From contig JAWMAR010000070.1 of assembly GCA_036785375.1 (NCBI GenBank), forward strand, positions 4,402,001 through 4,466,000: a DNA stretch of 64,000 nucleotides. The letters run 5' to 3'. The number at the start of each line of letters is the position of its first letter. Position 1 is the stretch's first letter. This document shows, piece by piece, positions 24,305 to 37,437 of this stretch. Source of the stretch: Leucoraja ocellata. Its lineage: Eukaryota. The notes under the pieces are model-generated. The model did not search any database. It had not been told where the DNA came from and saw only the letters and a program-made list of their open reading frames with translations. The position numbers and the translations under genes are program-made.

Positions 24305-25903
24305 TAGTTGTATTATAATATGACAATATCTGCTGCGGGCTATCGTTCTGGGTGTGTTACTTTCAGGGGAACAGTGCAGTTTATTCGGGTTGTGTCCGTC
24401 ACTGGCATTGTTGTGTATCACGTGGTATGGGTGTAACACACTGATGTGTCCGCCACTGATGTTAGCTGCGCGCTGGCGACCCTCAGTAAATGATCTTTTG
24501 TTGGGAGCTATTTCCTGTTTACTTGCCCAACTAAAACACTGCAGAGAGGAACCGACGATGCAGCAAAACAATTTAATCCTGTCTTCATTCGCCATTGACC
24601 CATGACTTCTGCAAACACAGCTCAGCAAACAGTGTTACACCGAGCTGCTCGCAAGATGCGGTTCAGAGATACGAATCTACAGACTCTTGTTTCAGCAGCG
24701 CGAGAAAAGTGTCAGCACTGCAGAACAATTCAGTGTAAAGAGAGAAATGACTGTTTGATCATATTAGATTCAAGTACATTGCAAGTCAGCACCCACCGCT
24801 AAACACAACAGTGGCATCGACCCGAAATGTCACCCGTTCTTTCCCTCGAGTGATGCCGCCCTTCCCGCGGAATTGCTCCAGTATTTTGTGTATATCTGTG
24901 GCATCTCAGACCATTTATCTCTCATTATCCGAGAGGCACTTTGGGATGTCCTGCAGTGGGGAAATAATCCAACTCAAGATCATTCCGCCCATTAGACCAT
25001 AAACAAGCTCCATTTGAACGGGCCAGGCAGCATCAATGTGACCACAGAATCTGCAAGTATCTCTGGCTATTCAGCACCCCTCTGATATCCCTGACCTGGG
25101 GGTTTGTGAGTTCACAGCAGTCTCTGGTCTCATGTCCGCGTCTCCCTGCTTACTGTGTGGAGAATATTTATCTGTGTCAGTGGGACATTTTACCCAAAGC
25201 AATCCTTGAGTCTATCCGAACTTTATGGTGTTTACTCTGTTATTGCAGGTCACCATTTTGTATTCGCAAACAGCATCCTTCACAGTTCTTTCATGGGCGG
25301 GGTTACAGTCACACGTCAGACTAAGGAAAGCAACACAATGTATTTGCAGTTTCACACCCCGCGCTTTGCAAGCTGCAACTCCGCCATTTTGTTCTGCACA
25401 AGAATAGACTTTCCTCTAGTTTGGTTAAGTTTAGCTTAGTTACCTGGTATCTACTGATGCCGCCTGTCACGCTGAGTTACCCCAGCAATTTATGTGTATC
25501 TTCAGTTTAAACCAGCATCTGCAGTTCCTTCCTACCTAAAAATTAGTTGCAGATCGGAAATGAAATCTGCAGATGTTGGATGCGCCTCAGTCAGTGTTCG
25601 TGCAGAGAAAAATAAGGCTAATAGTCAGAACAATGCCGTTGCGTAATTTTGGTCTGATGGGATAGCATAGTCTGAAAGATTAATTGAATGTCTTCCCTAA
25701 TCGCCTTTAATGTTTGGCAACAAGAGGAATATCCAGCAGTCTAATCAAAACAAATTAGACAAACCGTTTATTAACAACAACCATTTATTAAGAAGCATTC
25801 TGTTGCATTATTATTCTTTAAGCTAGGAGTCTTCATTGTAATTCGTGGGTCGAGTGGCGAGGTTCTGTGTCGTCGCGTCTCTGCAAAAGACAATGTGAAG
25901 TCA

Positions 25904-26074
25904 TCAGACGGACTGACAGTGGGAACCACGCTTTATTTGTCCCGGCCACTCCCAACACATTGCTGTCTGCAAGATGCTAACCCACGAATTAGTTAATCCA
26001 ATGCCAACGAACCCACACCGGGCACAGAAATCCACCCTGCACGCGTACAACCTGACAGAACCTCGTGATATCAT
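25904..26074 (-). CDS. Candidate terminal exon of gene C (acceptor 26074 or 26051; no ITIM/ITAM in either reading)
   Basis: Unique sequence conserved downstream of the Arg-TM exon in C, D (partial) and E; minus AATAAA at 25932-25937 and 25784-25789; the true acceptor is uncertain. Confidence 0.35.
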   Translation of the reverse strand: MISRGSVRLYACRVDFCARCGFVGIGLTNSWVSILQTAMCWEWPGQIKRGSHCQSV

Positions 26075-26526
26075 CTACATAGAGATTTGGTTTAACTTCA
26101 GGATATGAAAACGTGCACGATTTTTGTTTCTATCGATGCACAGGATATATGAAAGCATTAATGGAAACCGTTTGGACACATTCGGCGAAGAGAAGGGATT
26201 GCTTTGGGCGAATCCCTTCTGGCGAATCTATGGATTTCATTGCCACAGGAGGCTGTGGAGGTCAATTTAATTCACACCGGAGATGCTGCCTGTCCCGCTG
26301 AGCTACTCCAGCATTTTTGTATCTGTCCAAATTAATTGATATTTTTAAGGCGGAGATTTTCATTTTCTTGATAAATAAGGATGTCAATGGTTACGGGGAG
26401 AAGGCAGGTGAATGGGATCGAGAGAGAAGGATAGATCAGACGTGATTGGGGGCCGATTAGATATGATGGGCTGAATGGCCTAATTCTGCTCCTATAATTT
26501 ATGAACATGATGACAATAAAACCTAC

Positions 26527-26617
26527 CTTAGAGCCTCTTGTGAACACCGCGGTTGAGATACTCCAGATCACAAGCAGGAGAAAAAACATCCAGCGCCCCA
26601 CTTCCCATGAGATGTAA
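26527..26617 (-). CDS. Gene C TM exon with membrane Arg (SYISWEVGRWMFFLLLVIWSISTAVFTRGSK)
   Basis: TTTGCCCAG|T acceptor (phase 2), AAG|GTAGGT donor; conserved in three copies. Confidence 0.85.
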
Positions 26618-26685
26618 CTGGGCAAAGGGCAAGAGATACGGAGTCAATGGGAGGAAACGAGACGGGTAATCTTTGAAGCATTTAC

Positions 26686-26751
26686 CTGTTATTTGCTTCA
26701 TAATCTTGGTGAAGTGGAGCGCGGCGAAGCGGCAGCGTCAGTGGAGACCAT
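26686..26751 (-). CDS. Gene C candidate stalk exon (RWSPLTLPLRRAPLHQDYEANN)
   Basis: TTCTTTTACAAAG acceptor, AG|GTAAAT donor, 66 nt phase 2/2; only the phase-2 frame is open; 68-nt intron to the TM exon. Confidence 0.6.
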
Positions 26752-26787
26752 CTTTGTAAAAGAACGGGTGTTGGACTGGGTGGAGGT

Positions 26788-26818
<31 letters not shown>

Positions 26819-28254
26819 AACATATGATCACCAATTGTTGACGTCATTGCTGGGGCATGGCTACAAGACTGGGAATGAGAGACTACGCGGTTAAATGGAT
26901 TCAGAGAAGATAGATAAATAAGTCATGAGTTGGGGCAGTGAATACAAAACAGGTGGACACAAAATGTTGGAGAAACACAGCGGGAGAGGCAGCATCTCTC
27001 TGGAGAGAAGGAATGCGTGAAGTTCCGGGTCGAGACCCTTCTTCAGACCAAGAGTCACGGGAGAGGGAACTGTGGATGTGGAAGGATACAAAGAACAGTG
27101 TGATACCCTGGAAGAAAGAAAATGCAGCTGCAAGAAGATTATAATAAAATCCATTTGGATAGACAGGAATAATAAAAACGGATCAATTCCAATAATGGAA
27201 GGGAGATGGGCAATAAAAATGGAAACAGATGAGGCCAATTAATAAAATTAATTAAAAAATGATTATACTTAATCTCACACCCTGGATACTTCGTGGATCA
27301 ACGCGGTAGGTGTGTGGATGGAGGAATTGTGCTCGAAAAATCGGTTTAAGGTTCGCTCATAACGGCGTGGCTTTCATGAACATTTGCTAACGCAAGTATA
27401 ACACAAGAGTGTGATAGAAAGTCAGATCTATTTCAATTGTGATAAGATAAACAACAAAATGTTCCCACTTTCATGACTATATTATGATTGAATATTTAAT
27501 TCAAGTTTCAAGTATCAACGAGTAAGAGAGAGTCAGATAACTCATTTTGCTGTATTCGGATGAGGTGAGTGATGGAGCAGTCATGTTGAATACTACAGGG
27601 AGCGCTCTCTGAAAAGCATCAAATGGAGGAACTTGTTCTTATCATCCAAGCATGTACACAACACAATGAGATGTAAACCAGTGCGATTCCCCCTCTGATG
27701 AGTTAACTAATAACTGGTTTGTAAGGTATATTTATTGTATTAAATAATATTTAATAGATACGTTTATATTTGGTGTCAGGCTTGAAACTTGTACAACAAT
27801 TGGTTATGCTTCATGACATTTAGGTTCATTGGATCAAAGACCCATAGAGAAACACAGTATAGAAACAGGCCGTTTCCGTCAACTGCATTCACATGATTTC
27901 TGTGTCAATCCTATTTTTATTTCCCCCACTTGCTCATCAGCTATCACCCCCACCCCCACCCCACCCATTCTTCACAGATTCAGCCACTCTCCTGTACACA
28001 TGGGGCAATTTACAACTGGCTCATCTTTGGGAGCTGGGAGGAAACTGGAGCACTTGAATGAAACCAACACAATTAAAGGCAAAACATGCAGACCACGTAC
28101 AGACAGCTCATAATGAACCAATGGCGTGGCGTTGTGAGACTGTGGCTCAACACTCTCACGCATTTAATGCCAGTTTCTCCCAATTAAAGCATTCCCCAAT
28201 CAAAACACCAGCAATTAGTACATTGTAACTTTCATTGGAAACAGAGCATTTTAC

Positions 28255-28303
28255 CTTGCAGAGTAATTGGATGGTATCGAATTTTCACAATAACATTCAA
28301 GAC
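28255..28303 (-). CDS. Gene C Cys mini-exon (GLECYCENSIPSNYSA)
   Basis: Paralog of 16058-16106 with canonical sites. Confidence 0.85.
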
Positions 28304-29596
28304 CTGTTGGAACAAGGAAATAAAAGTCAGTTTCACTGCTTTTCACTTGCAGTTTAACAAGTAGCTATGATTTTCCGATGCAAGGAGTTGATAGGCTTAG
28401 CAGACGGGGCAATGCTTCTTCTGTGTGATTTGCAGCAAATGGGAGATGTTATCATGACAAGCAGGAGTGCTGGTAACAACTCTGGCTCCAGGTGTAGATG
28501 GCACGATGGCGCAGCGGTAGCGTTGCTGCCTTACAGCCAGAGGCACGGGTTCGATCCTGACCACGGATGCTGTCTGCACGGAATTTGTAACTCCTCCCTG
28601 TGACCGCGTGGGGTTTCTACAAGTGCTCCAGTTTCCCCACAGTCTGAACTCTTGCAAGTGTGTTGGTTAATTGGCTTCTGTAAATTGTCCCCATGGAACT
28701 AGTATACTGGTGATTACTGGACGTTGTGTACTCAGTGGGACGAAGAACCTGCTTCCACGATGTATCCACAAATTAATCAAAAGGGTCCAATTTCATTTGA
28801 GAGGAGTATTGCTTGGGATGAAACATTACAGTGATGGGGAGGGGTTGGATAGGGGTTTTATAAAATTCCATTCAGAACAGGTGAGGAAGGAGGGACCTAT
28901 TACAGGTGTACAAAACTATGAGCAGCATAGACAGGGTAATTTTGGAACATTTTACATGACAGATATGTGTAAAAGTGGAGAACATATGGGTAAGTTAAGG
29001 AGCAGGATGTTTGAAGGGTATAAATAAATATTTTTAAACCGAGAAGATAGAGGTACCTGAATTGCCTCAATGGACGAGGTGCTGGTAAGTGGGATGAGTA
29101 TTGATTGTACTGAATGGACAACATTAACACAGTGACCCAAATGCGATACCGTCGTCTAGTAGTTAACTGTGGCCACATTTACTGATAATTTCTGATCCCT
29201 TCACATATTTGAGTGTCGGTCATGTGCAGATGATGAAAAGTGAAAATGCTTGGACTGATGTCACTACAAACCTAGTTTAAAGCTGTGTAAACATAAGAGG
29301 CAATTCTAGCCGGGAAGCTGGTCTACACCAGCACTGGGAAATCTATTTATGGAGCCCAGCAACCAAGTATTGACAAATGGGCCATAATGCCATCATTTTA
29401 ATCTTGATAACGTAATTAAATAATGTGCATGGATTTCAGGGTGTCGGGGGTTTGGGGAGAAGGCAGGAGAATGGGGTGAAGAGGGGAAGATACATCAGCA
29501 TTGATTGAATGGTCTATTTCTGCTTCTATCACATGTGATTTTATGAACCACCCCACCCCCACTTCCCCTTCTTCTCCTCATTTCTCCACTACTTAC

Positions 29597-29917
29597 CAGT
29601 GCCGTTGATTTGCACCAGGAAACTACAGGGCACGTCACTGCTGGAGATGGACACGTTGACCATTTCACTGGATTTTGATCCATGTTGATTTGAGGCTGTG
29701 CAGAAATATTGATGGTGTTGGTGTTTGAAGGATTGACAATGTAGATCCAGGGCATTGTTGTCTGAGATCTTTGAATCCCCAGATGGGGTCTTTTCATACC
29801 AGCTGTAGTTAATGGGAAGGGATCCCCCGACCGACTCACAGGACACTGTCACTGAGCCCCCGAGACAAGAGACATTGGCTGGTGACAGACACCCAAGCAC
29901 AGGAACAGACACGGGTT
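29597..29917 (-). CDS. Gene C C2b exon
   Basis: ORF 29589-29972, canonical boundaries. Confidence 0.92.
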
Positions 29918-30811
29918 CTGTGGGAAAGGAGCAAACAGTCAGACACTGAGTGAACATCATAAAATCAAACACTCGCCAATATCCACCATCTCTGTGTCTT
30001 CACTAGAGCCGCCAGGTTGGAATCTGACCCATCCATCTACATAGAGTCATAGAGGCATATAGTGTAGAAGCAGGCCAACATGCCCATCCACACTAGTTCC
30101 ACCTGCCCTTGCTTAGCCCATAAGCTTCCAAACGGAAGAGACCGTGCATTTACTCGATCTATTCGTCGCGTGATTTTGTAGCTGCCATAAGATCATCCCT
30201 CATCCTCCTGCTCTCCCAGAAATAAAGTCCTAGTCTGCTCAATCCCTCCCTGGAGTTCAGGCACTCAAGTCATGGCAGCATCCTTGTAAATCTTCTCTGC
30301 ACCCAATCTTACTTGATAGCATCTTTCCTATAACATGGTGATGAATACTGACCACAGAGCAGACATATCATCAGACAATCTTCGATTCTCTTATATATTT
30401 CAGGAATTGCCAGCAGGAAAAAGGGAGCATTGTTTATATACCTGTCGGACCCATCCCATCTGCATAGATTCGTAGTCATACAGTAGAAACTTCGGCCTAA
30501 CTTGCCCGCGCTGACCAACACGCCCAATCTACACTAGTTCCACCTGTCCTTTCTTGGCCCTTAACCCTCTAAACATATCCTATTCATGTAACTGTCCAAT
30601 ATTTTCTGAAATGTTACGTTAGTATCTGCCATAACTACTTCCGTCGGCATTTCGTTTCATGGACCTACCAACCTTTGTGTAAACACGTTACTCGCCAGCT
30701 TCCTGTTAAATCATCCCCCCCTGATATGAAAACTATGTCCTCTGGTTCCCTATTCCCCTACTCTGGGCAAAAGACTGTGTATTTACTCGATCTATTCCTC
30801 GCGTGATTTTT

Positions 30812-31514
30812 GTGATTTTTAAAAAAAATTAATAAATATTTTTATTTGAATCAATGTACAGTAGTATAAACCGTGTTTTACATATTACATTTAGTGTAAA
30901 ACTTCTTGTTTTTAATTTATTAATAGAAAAGTAACAGAAGCAAAAATGAGAAGGAGAGAGAAAGTTAAGTAGTGATATTGATAGTTCGTGAAAGAATAGA
31001 TAGAAAGAACCCGTAAAGATATAAAGTCGTAAAAAATCCGTGACCCCCCCTCCCCCCGAAAATTAAATACATTAATTAGTAAATAGAAATAAAAAATAGA
31101 AAATAAAATAAAATAATAAGAAAACAAAACAGAAAAAGAATAAAAGGGAGAAGGGATATACCTGCTTCATGTCTTTCCACACCCCTCGCCTAGTTCTGAA
31201 ACAGTTAATTTCCAGGGTTATGTTGCACCATGTACTTGGAATAAGTCGATAAAAGGAGACCAAATCTTTAGGAATTGGTCTGCTTTACATGCTAGGACGA
31301 ATCTTATATCTTCGAGGTGTAACATTTCAGACATGCTTGAAATCCACATTTTACGCGTGGGGGTGGGTTCGTTGTTCAAGAATTTGAGTATACGTTTTTT
31401 TGCTGTTATCAAGCCGTGGTTAAGGAGAGAATTTTGGAACGAAATCAGCTTAGAGCCGGCTTCCATTGTTCCAAAAATAATCAATTCAGTGTTGGGGTCC
31501 AATTTTATTTTAAA
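30812..31514 (-). mobile_element. 5'-truncated L1-clade LINE with 14-bp TSD
   Basis: ctcgcgtgattttt at 30798-30811 and 31515-31528; ORF 31218-31547 ends KRIL..W..FLKIWSPFI; empty site in gene D ~48203. Confidence 0.8.
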
Positions 31515-32215
31515 CTCGCGTGATTTTTTTACCTGCAATAAAATCACCCCTCATCCTCCTGCGCTCCAAGGAATAAAGCCCTAATCTGCGCAACCCCTCC
31601 CTGTATAGCAGGCCCTCAAGTCATCGCAACATTCTTGTAAGTCTTCCCTGCTCCTTCTCCTCACAATCAATTTACCAGATTTATACATCTCTGTGTCTCT
31701 CCATTCTCCCAGCCGCCAGAACTACCATGTCTGGCACTGGACCAGTACACAGCAGCACCATCTCTCTTTGTTTTACAATTCCAGCATCTGCAGTTAATCT
31801 TCTTTTAATCTGAAACTCTGCTTTTAATCTGAACATTCAAACACTTCATTAGTGCAACAGTATCAACAACTTTTTAATTTCCTTGCATAAAATTGTTGAT
31901 AGTGATAATGTTGCACAAATGAGGTGTGTGAATGGCGGTATTGTAGAATTGTGTGTAGGGAGCGAATGGGGAAGTGGAATAATATAAAACTAGTGTGACC
32001 GGTGATCGCTAGTTGGTGAGGATTCGGTGGGCCGAAGGATCCGTTTCCATGTTACATTTGTATATCCGGGTGTACATTTTTCTGTAAACTCTACAAACCG
32101 TTCACATCTTTTGTTTTATAAAGCGGCGACCAGAACTGTGCACCAGATTCCCACCTAACAAATGTTTTGCCCGTTGCCAAAGTGGAGACATCAAGTCACT
32201 CACTGAGAAACCTAC

Positions 32216-32533
32216 CTTCAGATACTTGGAGATATACTTTAAATGTTGGTTCGCCAGGTGTAGTAATTCCACATCTGTACCATCCTGTATCAGCAGAGTG
32301 AAGATCCTCCACGGTCACAGTAAATATTCCTCGTGCCGGGTTATCTGTGATTGACACTGTTCCGTTCAGTCCACGTTTCCCATTTGTTTCCACTACATGT
32401 GTACACTGGCGACTTGTCCCACGGCACCAGTATTTTGTGTGTGAGCGGTACACTGCTGCATAGTGACAATCGATTGTGATCGCTCTTCCCACAACCCCTC
32501 TTACTTCGCTCTCTGCCCACAGTGCACCTGAAA
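32216..32533 (-). CDS. Gene C V4 exon (318 nt)
   Basis: ORF 32196-32546; GAAG|GTAGGT donor. Confidence 0.92.
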
Positions 32534-33750
32534 CTGAAGGAAACATCTTTCATAAATTGAAGAGCAAAATTACCCTTTCACAAACATATACATTAGAGTA
32601 TAATGTACAGGGGAGTCTGCCCACTTATTTTCTGAACTCTGTTGAATTCCACCTAGATTGCGATGAGAGACAGATACTGTACACCGTCCCTCACCATCTG
32701 CACAGGTCGTTCCAAAGCGCTTCCCAGCCAATGTGGGTGTGAATGGTGAAGAATGATGCATTGAACACGGAGCCTCTTGCAATTGGAAGGCGCTGTCTAG
32801 GGAGTCTTGGTCAGTTGCTGCAGTGCATCGTGCAGATGGTGCAAACTTCTGCTGCTCTGCATCAGCGGGGGGGGGGTTGAGGATGGGGTGTCTATCATGC
32901 GCGATTCTGGGTCATGACAAACCAAACACAAGTGTTCGGCGAAATTGTAGCATAGGCCAGTGCTTCTTAAACTGATGAATGGTTCACCCAAGGGCGAATG
33001 AAATTATTTTGGCGTAAATTAGTTAATTTATGTTTTTTGCTCATGTGACAAAATCAATTATCTATAAAGATTATGCACAAGGGAAAATAAGATGATAATA
33101 ACCAAAAGAACGTAAGAACATTTAGTGGAGGGTGAATTAAATCTTGTAATAAAGACTCAAGGGCGAATGACACTGTAATAGTTTATTAAGAACTGGCCTT
33201 GTATAAAATTGGCCTCGCTGATGTAAACCATTCACACTCTCTTCTGGACTTCCAATATGAGCGTCTCCACACCTACAGGGAAGTTCTTTTCAAAATTATC
33301 TTTGATAAAAGTAAGGGTTATACTTGATGGAGTGACGGACAAGTAGATTCCAATTTAATTTTGTGAGATTACTGGAGTTTAACACAAATTAACAGAGTTA
33401 AAATCATGAACATGATCATGAAATTGTACATCCTTGGTTATAACTGATGATGGATCCAAACAGAATGAATTTGGTTTCTTTCTCTGTCTCAAAGTGCGGC
33501 AGCCAGAAAATAATTTTGATGGAATGCACTCAACCCGCAGGTATTTCTCTCATATGCTGACATTTCTCAACAACTCCCAGGTGAAAGCAACAGTCAATCA
33601 TTTACCAGCCCCCCAAACAAACTCTCTCATTTTACACCATGAGCTCCCGGTGGCTGCAATGATGCCGTCTGCAAATAACAAGAAATCCATGAACATCACC
33701 ACAAGGTGAATAAATAGCAGCAGGTTCAGGGACACGAGAATAACACTCAC

Positions 33751-34071
33751 CTGCATTGTTCATTTCTGTCACATAACTGCACGTTCCTGCTCCTTTGAAG
33801 ACTTTCACGTTGAGTATTTCACTGGATTTTGTCCCATGATTATTTGTGGCTCTGCAGTAATATTGACGGTGTTGACCTTCGAGGATTTCACAACTCAGAT
33901 CCAGTTGATTGCCAGACAAGATCGTTGAAACCCAATGCTCGTTCTTTTCAAACCATGTGTAATGGATGGGAAGGGATCCACGGACAGACTCACACGACAC
34001 TGACACTGAGCCTCCGAGATGTGAGGCATTTGCTGGTGACAGATATCTGAGCACAGGAGCAGACACGGGTT
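33751..34071 (-). CDS. Gene C C2a exon
   Basis: CCCACAG|AA acceptor, G|GTGAGT donor; VSVSCESVRGSLPIHYTW..YYC. Confidence 0.92.
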
Positions 34072-34497
34072 CTGTGGGAATGGAGCAAACATTCAGTCAC
34101 CTGTATGAAAAGTTAAAAACCAAACACGTGCTAAATCTCAGCAGCCCTTTATCTCAGCCCGAACCGTCCGGTTGACATCTCACCGGCTCATCTACATCTC
34201 TGTGAGTGTGCGAAGCTCAGAAACTGAAGAAGGTTAGAGTTATAGAGAACCGAAAGATGCCCATCACAACAGCTCATTCATGCCGACCAACATGTCTTTC
34301 TGGGCCATTTCCATATGTCCACGTTTCTCCCTTATCACTCGCAATGATCCCAATCTACGCAAATATCAAAAAAATATTTTAAATGCTGCTATTCTAACTG
34401 CCTTAACACCTTCCCCTGGCAGCAGGTTCCATATACATATCACCCAATGTGTGGAATATGTTGTCCCTCAGAACATATGTTGGGATGTTACGTCCCT

Positions 34498-35275
34498 TTA
34501 AGATAGACACAAAATGCAAGAGTAACTCGGCGGATTAGGCAGTATCTTTCGAGAGAAGGAATGGGTGACGTTTCGAATCGTGACCCTTCTTCAGCCTGAG
34601 AATCATGAGAAAGGGAGACAGAAGAGAAATGGAAGGGTACGGTGTGAAAACAAGAGATCAAAGGTGAAAATGTTTTTAAAAAATGTAGAATGGATCATTG
34701 TCAGCTGAAGGGAAGGCATACAATCAGTAAAATATAATCTGGAGGGCAGTGAAAATAATTCGAGGCTTCGGATGGGGCGGGATGGAGACAGGAGTAAAGC
34801 AAGGGTTACTTGAAGTTAGAGAAGTCAATATTCAAACCGCTGGGTTGTAAGCTGCCCAAGCGAAATATGAGGCACTGTTCCTCCAATTTGCTTTTTGGCC
34901 TCACTCTGCAGGTGAGGAGGTCCGGGACAGAAAGATCAGTTTGGGAATGGGAGGGGGAATAAAGGTGTTTTGCAATCGGGATGTAGCGTAGGCCGAGGGA
35001 CACTGTGCGGAATTGTTCAGCGAAACGATCGCCGAGCCTGCGTTGGGTCTCCCATCTACTGTGTCCGCATGTTCACACCTGGAACAGCGGATATAGTAGA
35101 TGAGGTTAGAAGAGATGCAAGTGAACCTCTGACTCACCCGGAAATACTGTTGGAGCCTTGGACGGAGTAGAAGCGGGATATATAGGGACTGGTGTTGCAT
35201 CTCCTGCAGTTGTAGGAGAAGGTATCTGGGGACGGGGTGGGAAAGGACGAGTTGACCAGGGAGTTGCGGAGTCTG
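34498..35275 (-). mobile_element. Penelope-like element fragment, GIY-YIG region (copy ~51195-51970)
   Basis: FTCISSNLIYYIRCSRC and KLEEQCLIFRLGSLQPSGLNIDFSNFK, plus terminal repeat with a hammerhead-like core. Confidence 0.82.
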
Positions 35276-35568
35276 TCGGGTTATTAGTTTGAGTCGGAAT
35301 GCAAACCTCTGGCAGGGTGACATTTCATACAGTTCAGAGGCAGGGAAATGTGCTGAGCTTCCCACTTGAAGTGGGTGGCCGCTCAGTGGGACAGAGCCCG
35401 CACTGGGTGAGAGCAACATGAGTGGGGTTTCCCGACCCCCGCCCGTTCCCCGCAGGTCTCTGCACTGCTGCGGAGCCTCGGGATATCGGTGCTTCTCTGA
35501 CCCTTCCCGGAGAGAACATAGATAAGGCATTTCAGTGGAGATGTCAAGTCAATCGCTGCGAAACGTAC

Positions 35569-35889
35569 CGTCAGATATTTGGAGATGTACGATAAATATT
35601 GGACGGTCGCCAGGTGTAGTAATTCCACAGCTGTACCATCCTGTATCTCCAGAGTGAAGATCCTCCACAGTCACAGCAAATATTCTTAGTGCCGGTATAT
35701 CTGTGATTGACACTCTTCCACTCCGTCCGTTTTGCCCATTTGTTTCCACTGAAACTCTACATGGGCGATTCCTCCCACGGCACCAGTATTTTGTGTGTGA
35801 GCGGTACGCTGCTGCATAGTGACAATCGATTGTGATCGCTCTTCCCACAACTCCACTTACATCCCTCTCTGCCCACACTGCATCTGAAA
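35569..35889 (-). CDS. Gene C V3 exon
   Basis: ORF 35549-35878. Confidence 0.92.
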
Positions 35890-36512
35890 CTGAGGGGAGA
35901 AACTTTCAGATCAACCACAGATCAAACAACACTTGTTCCTCACTGGGATTATTAGTTTGAGTCTGAATGCAAATTTCTGACGGGTGACATTTCATACAGT
36001 TCAGAGGAAGGGAAATGCGCTGAGTATTCCACTTGAAGTGAAAAGTGAAGTGAAAGTGAAGTTAAATCCCACTTTTCAAGAAAGGAGCGAGAGAAAACGG
36101 GAAATTACAGACCAGTTAGCCTGACTTCGGTGCGGGAAAGATGCCGGAGTCAATTATTAAAGAGGTAATAATGGGGCATTTGGATAGCAGTAAAATAATT
36201 AGTCCAAGTCAGCATGGACTTATGAAAGGAAAATCATGCCTGACTAATCTTCTGGAATTTTTTGAGGATGTGGCAAGTAAAATGGACGAAGGTGAGCCAG
36301 TGAATGTAGTGTATCTAGACTTCAAGAAATCCTTTGTTAAGGTTCCGCACGGGAGACTGGTGACTAAATTGAGGGCGCATGGAAGGGTGTTGACGTGGAT
36401 AGGAAATTGGTTGGCAGACAGGAAGCAAAGAGTAGGAGTGAACGGGCCCTTTTCAGAATGGCGGGAAGTGGCGAGTCAGTGGAGACGACAAGTCAATCGC
36501 TGCGAAACGTAC

Positions 36513-36833
36513 CGTCAGATACAAGGAGTTCTACGGTAAACATTAGGCGGCCGTTAGATGTTGCAATTCCACATCTGTACCAGCCTGTATCGCCAGAGAG
36601 AAGATCCTCCACAGTCACAGTAAATATTCCTCGTTCCGGGCTATCGGTGATTGACACTCTTCCACTCCTTCCGCGTAGCCCAATTGTTTCCACCATATCT
36701 GTACATTGGCGACTCTGCACACGGCACCAGTATTTTGTGTGTGAGTGATACTCTGCTGCATAGTGACAATCGATTGTAAACACACTTCCCACAACTCCTC
36801 TTACATACGTCTCTCCCCACACTGCACCTGAAA
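36513..36833 (-). CDS. Gene C V2 exon
   Basis: Within ORF 36493-36957, canonical boundaries. Confidence 0.92.
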
Positions 36834-37437
36834 CTGAAGGGGAGAAACTTTCAGATGGAGAGCAAATGAACAGTTTAGTGGAAATAGATACATTTTCAAG
36901 ATTACATGAAAGAAAACTTAAATAGTTCCATGATGTGTCATATTGCTTCACGGCCAATGTCTCCTGTCTGAAGTGCAGGCAGTGCTGTTATTGTACCAGT
37001 TGTGTCAGTGTTCTGTCCCCGGGTCAGTACAATTAGGGTTCACTTCCCACTCCAGATCCCTGAGCAGAAACTGGGCTGGGATCGCAGTGCGGTACTGAGG
37101 GAGCGCGGCAGTGTTGCAGGAGCTGCCTTTCAACAATCCCAGGCGGTGCCCGGCATCTCACCCCACAGAAAGACCCCACTTTGCTATTTCATTGGCGGTG
37201 ACAATTTCTTCACAGCAGTTATCAGGCATCTGAATCATCCTACCACGCCCAGAGATCTTTCCTGAACTCCCATCTACGTCTTTGACGACCCTCGGACCAC
37301 CCTTGATCGGACTTTGCCGCCTTTACCTTACACTAAACGTTATTTAATGTTCATGTATCTATGCACTGTAGGAGTATCGATTGTAATCCTGTATTGTCTT
37401 TCTGCTGGAGACGTCAATCAATCGCTGCGAAACCTAC

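Noticed and set aside
26891-27238. Hydrophobic ORF as a TM exon
   Set aside because: It spans a Penelope-type repeat and AT-rich intron, and its frame is not conserved in the gene D paralog (44450-44841).
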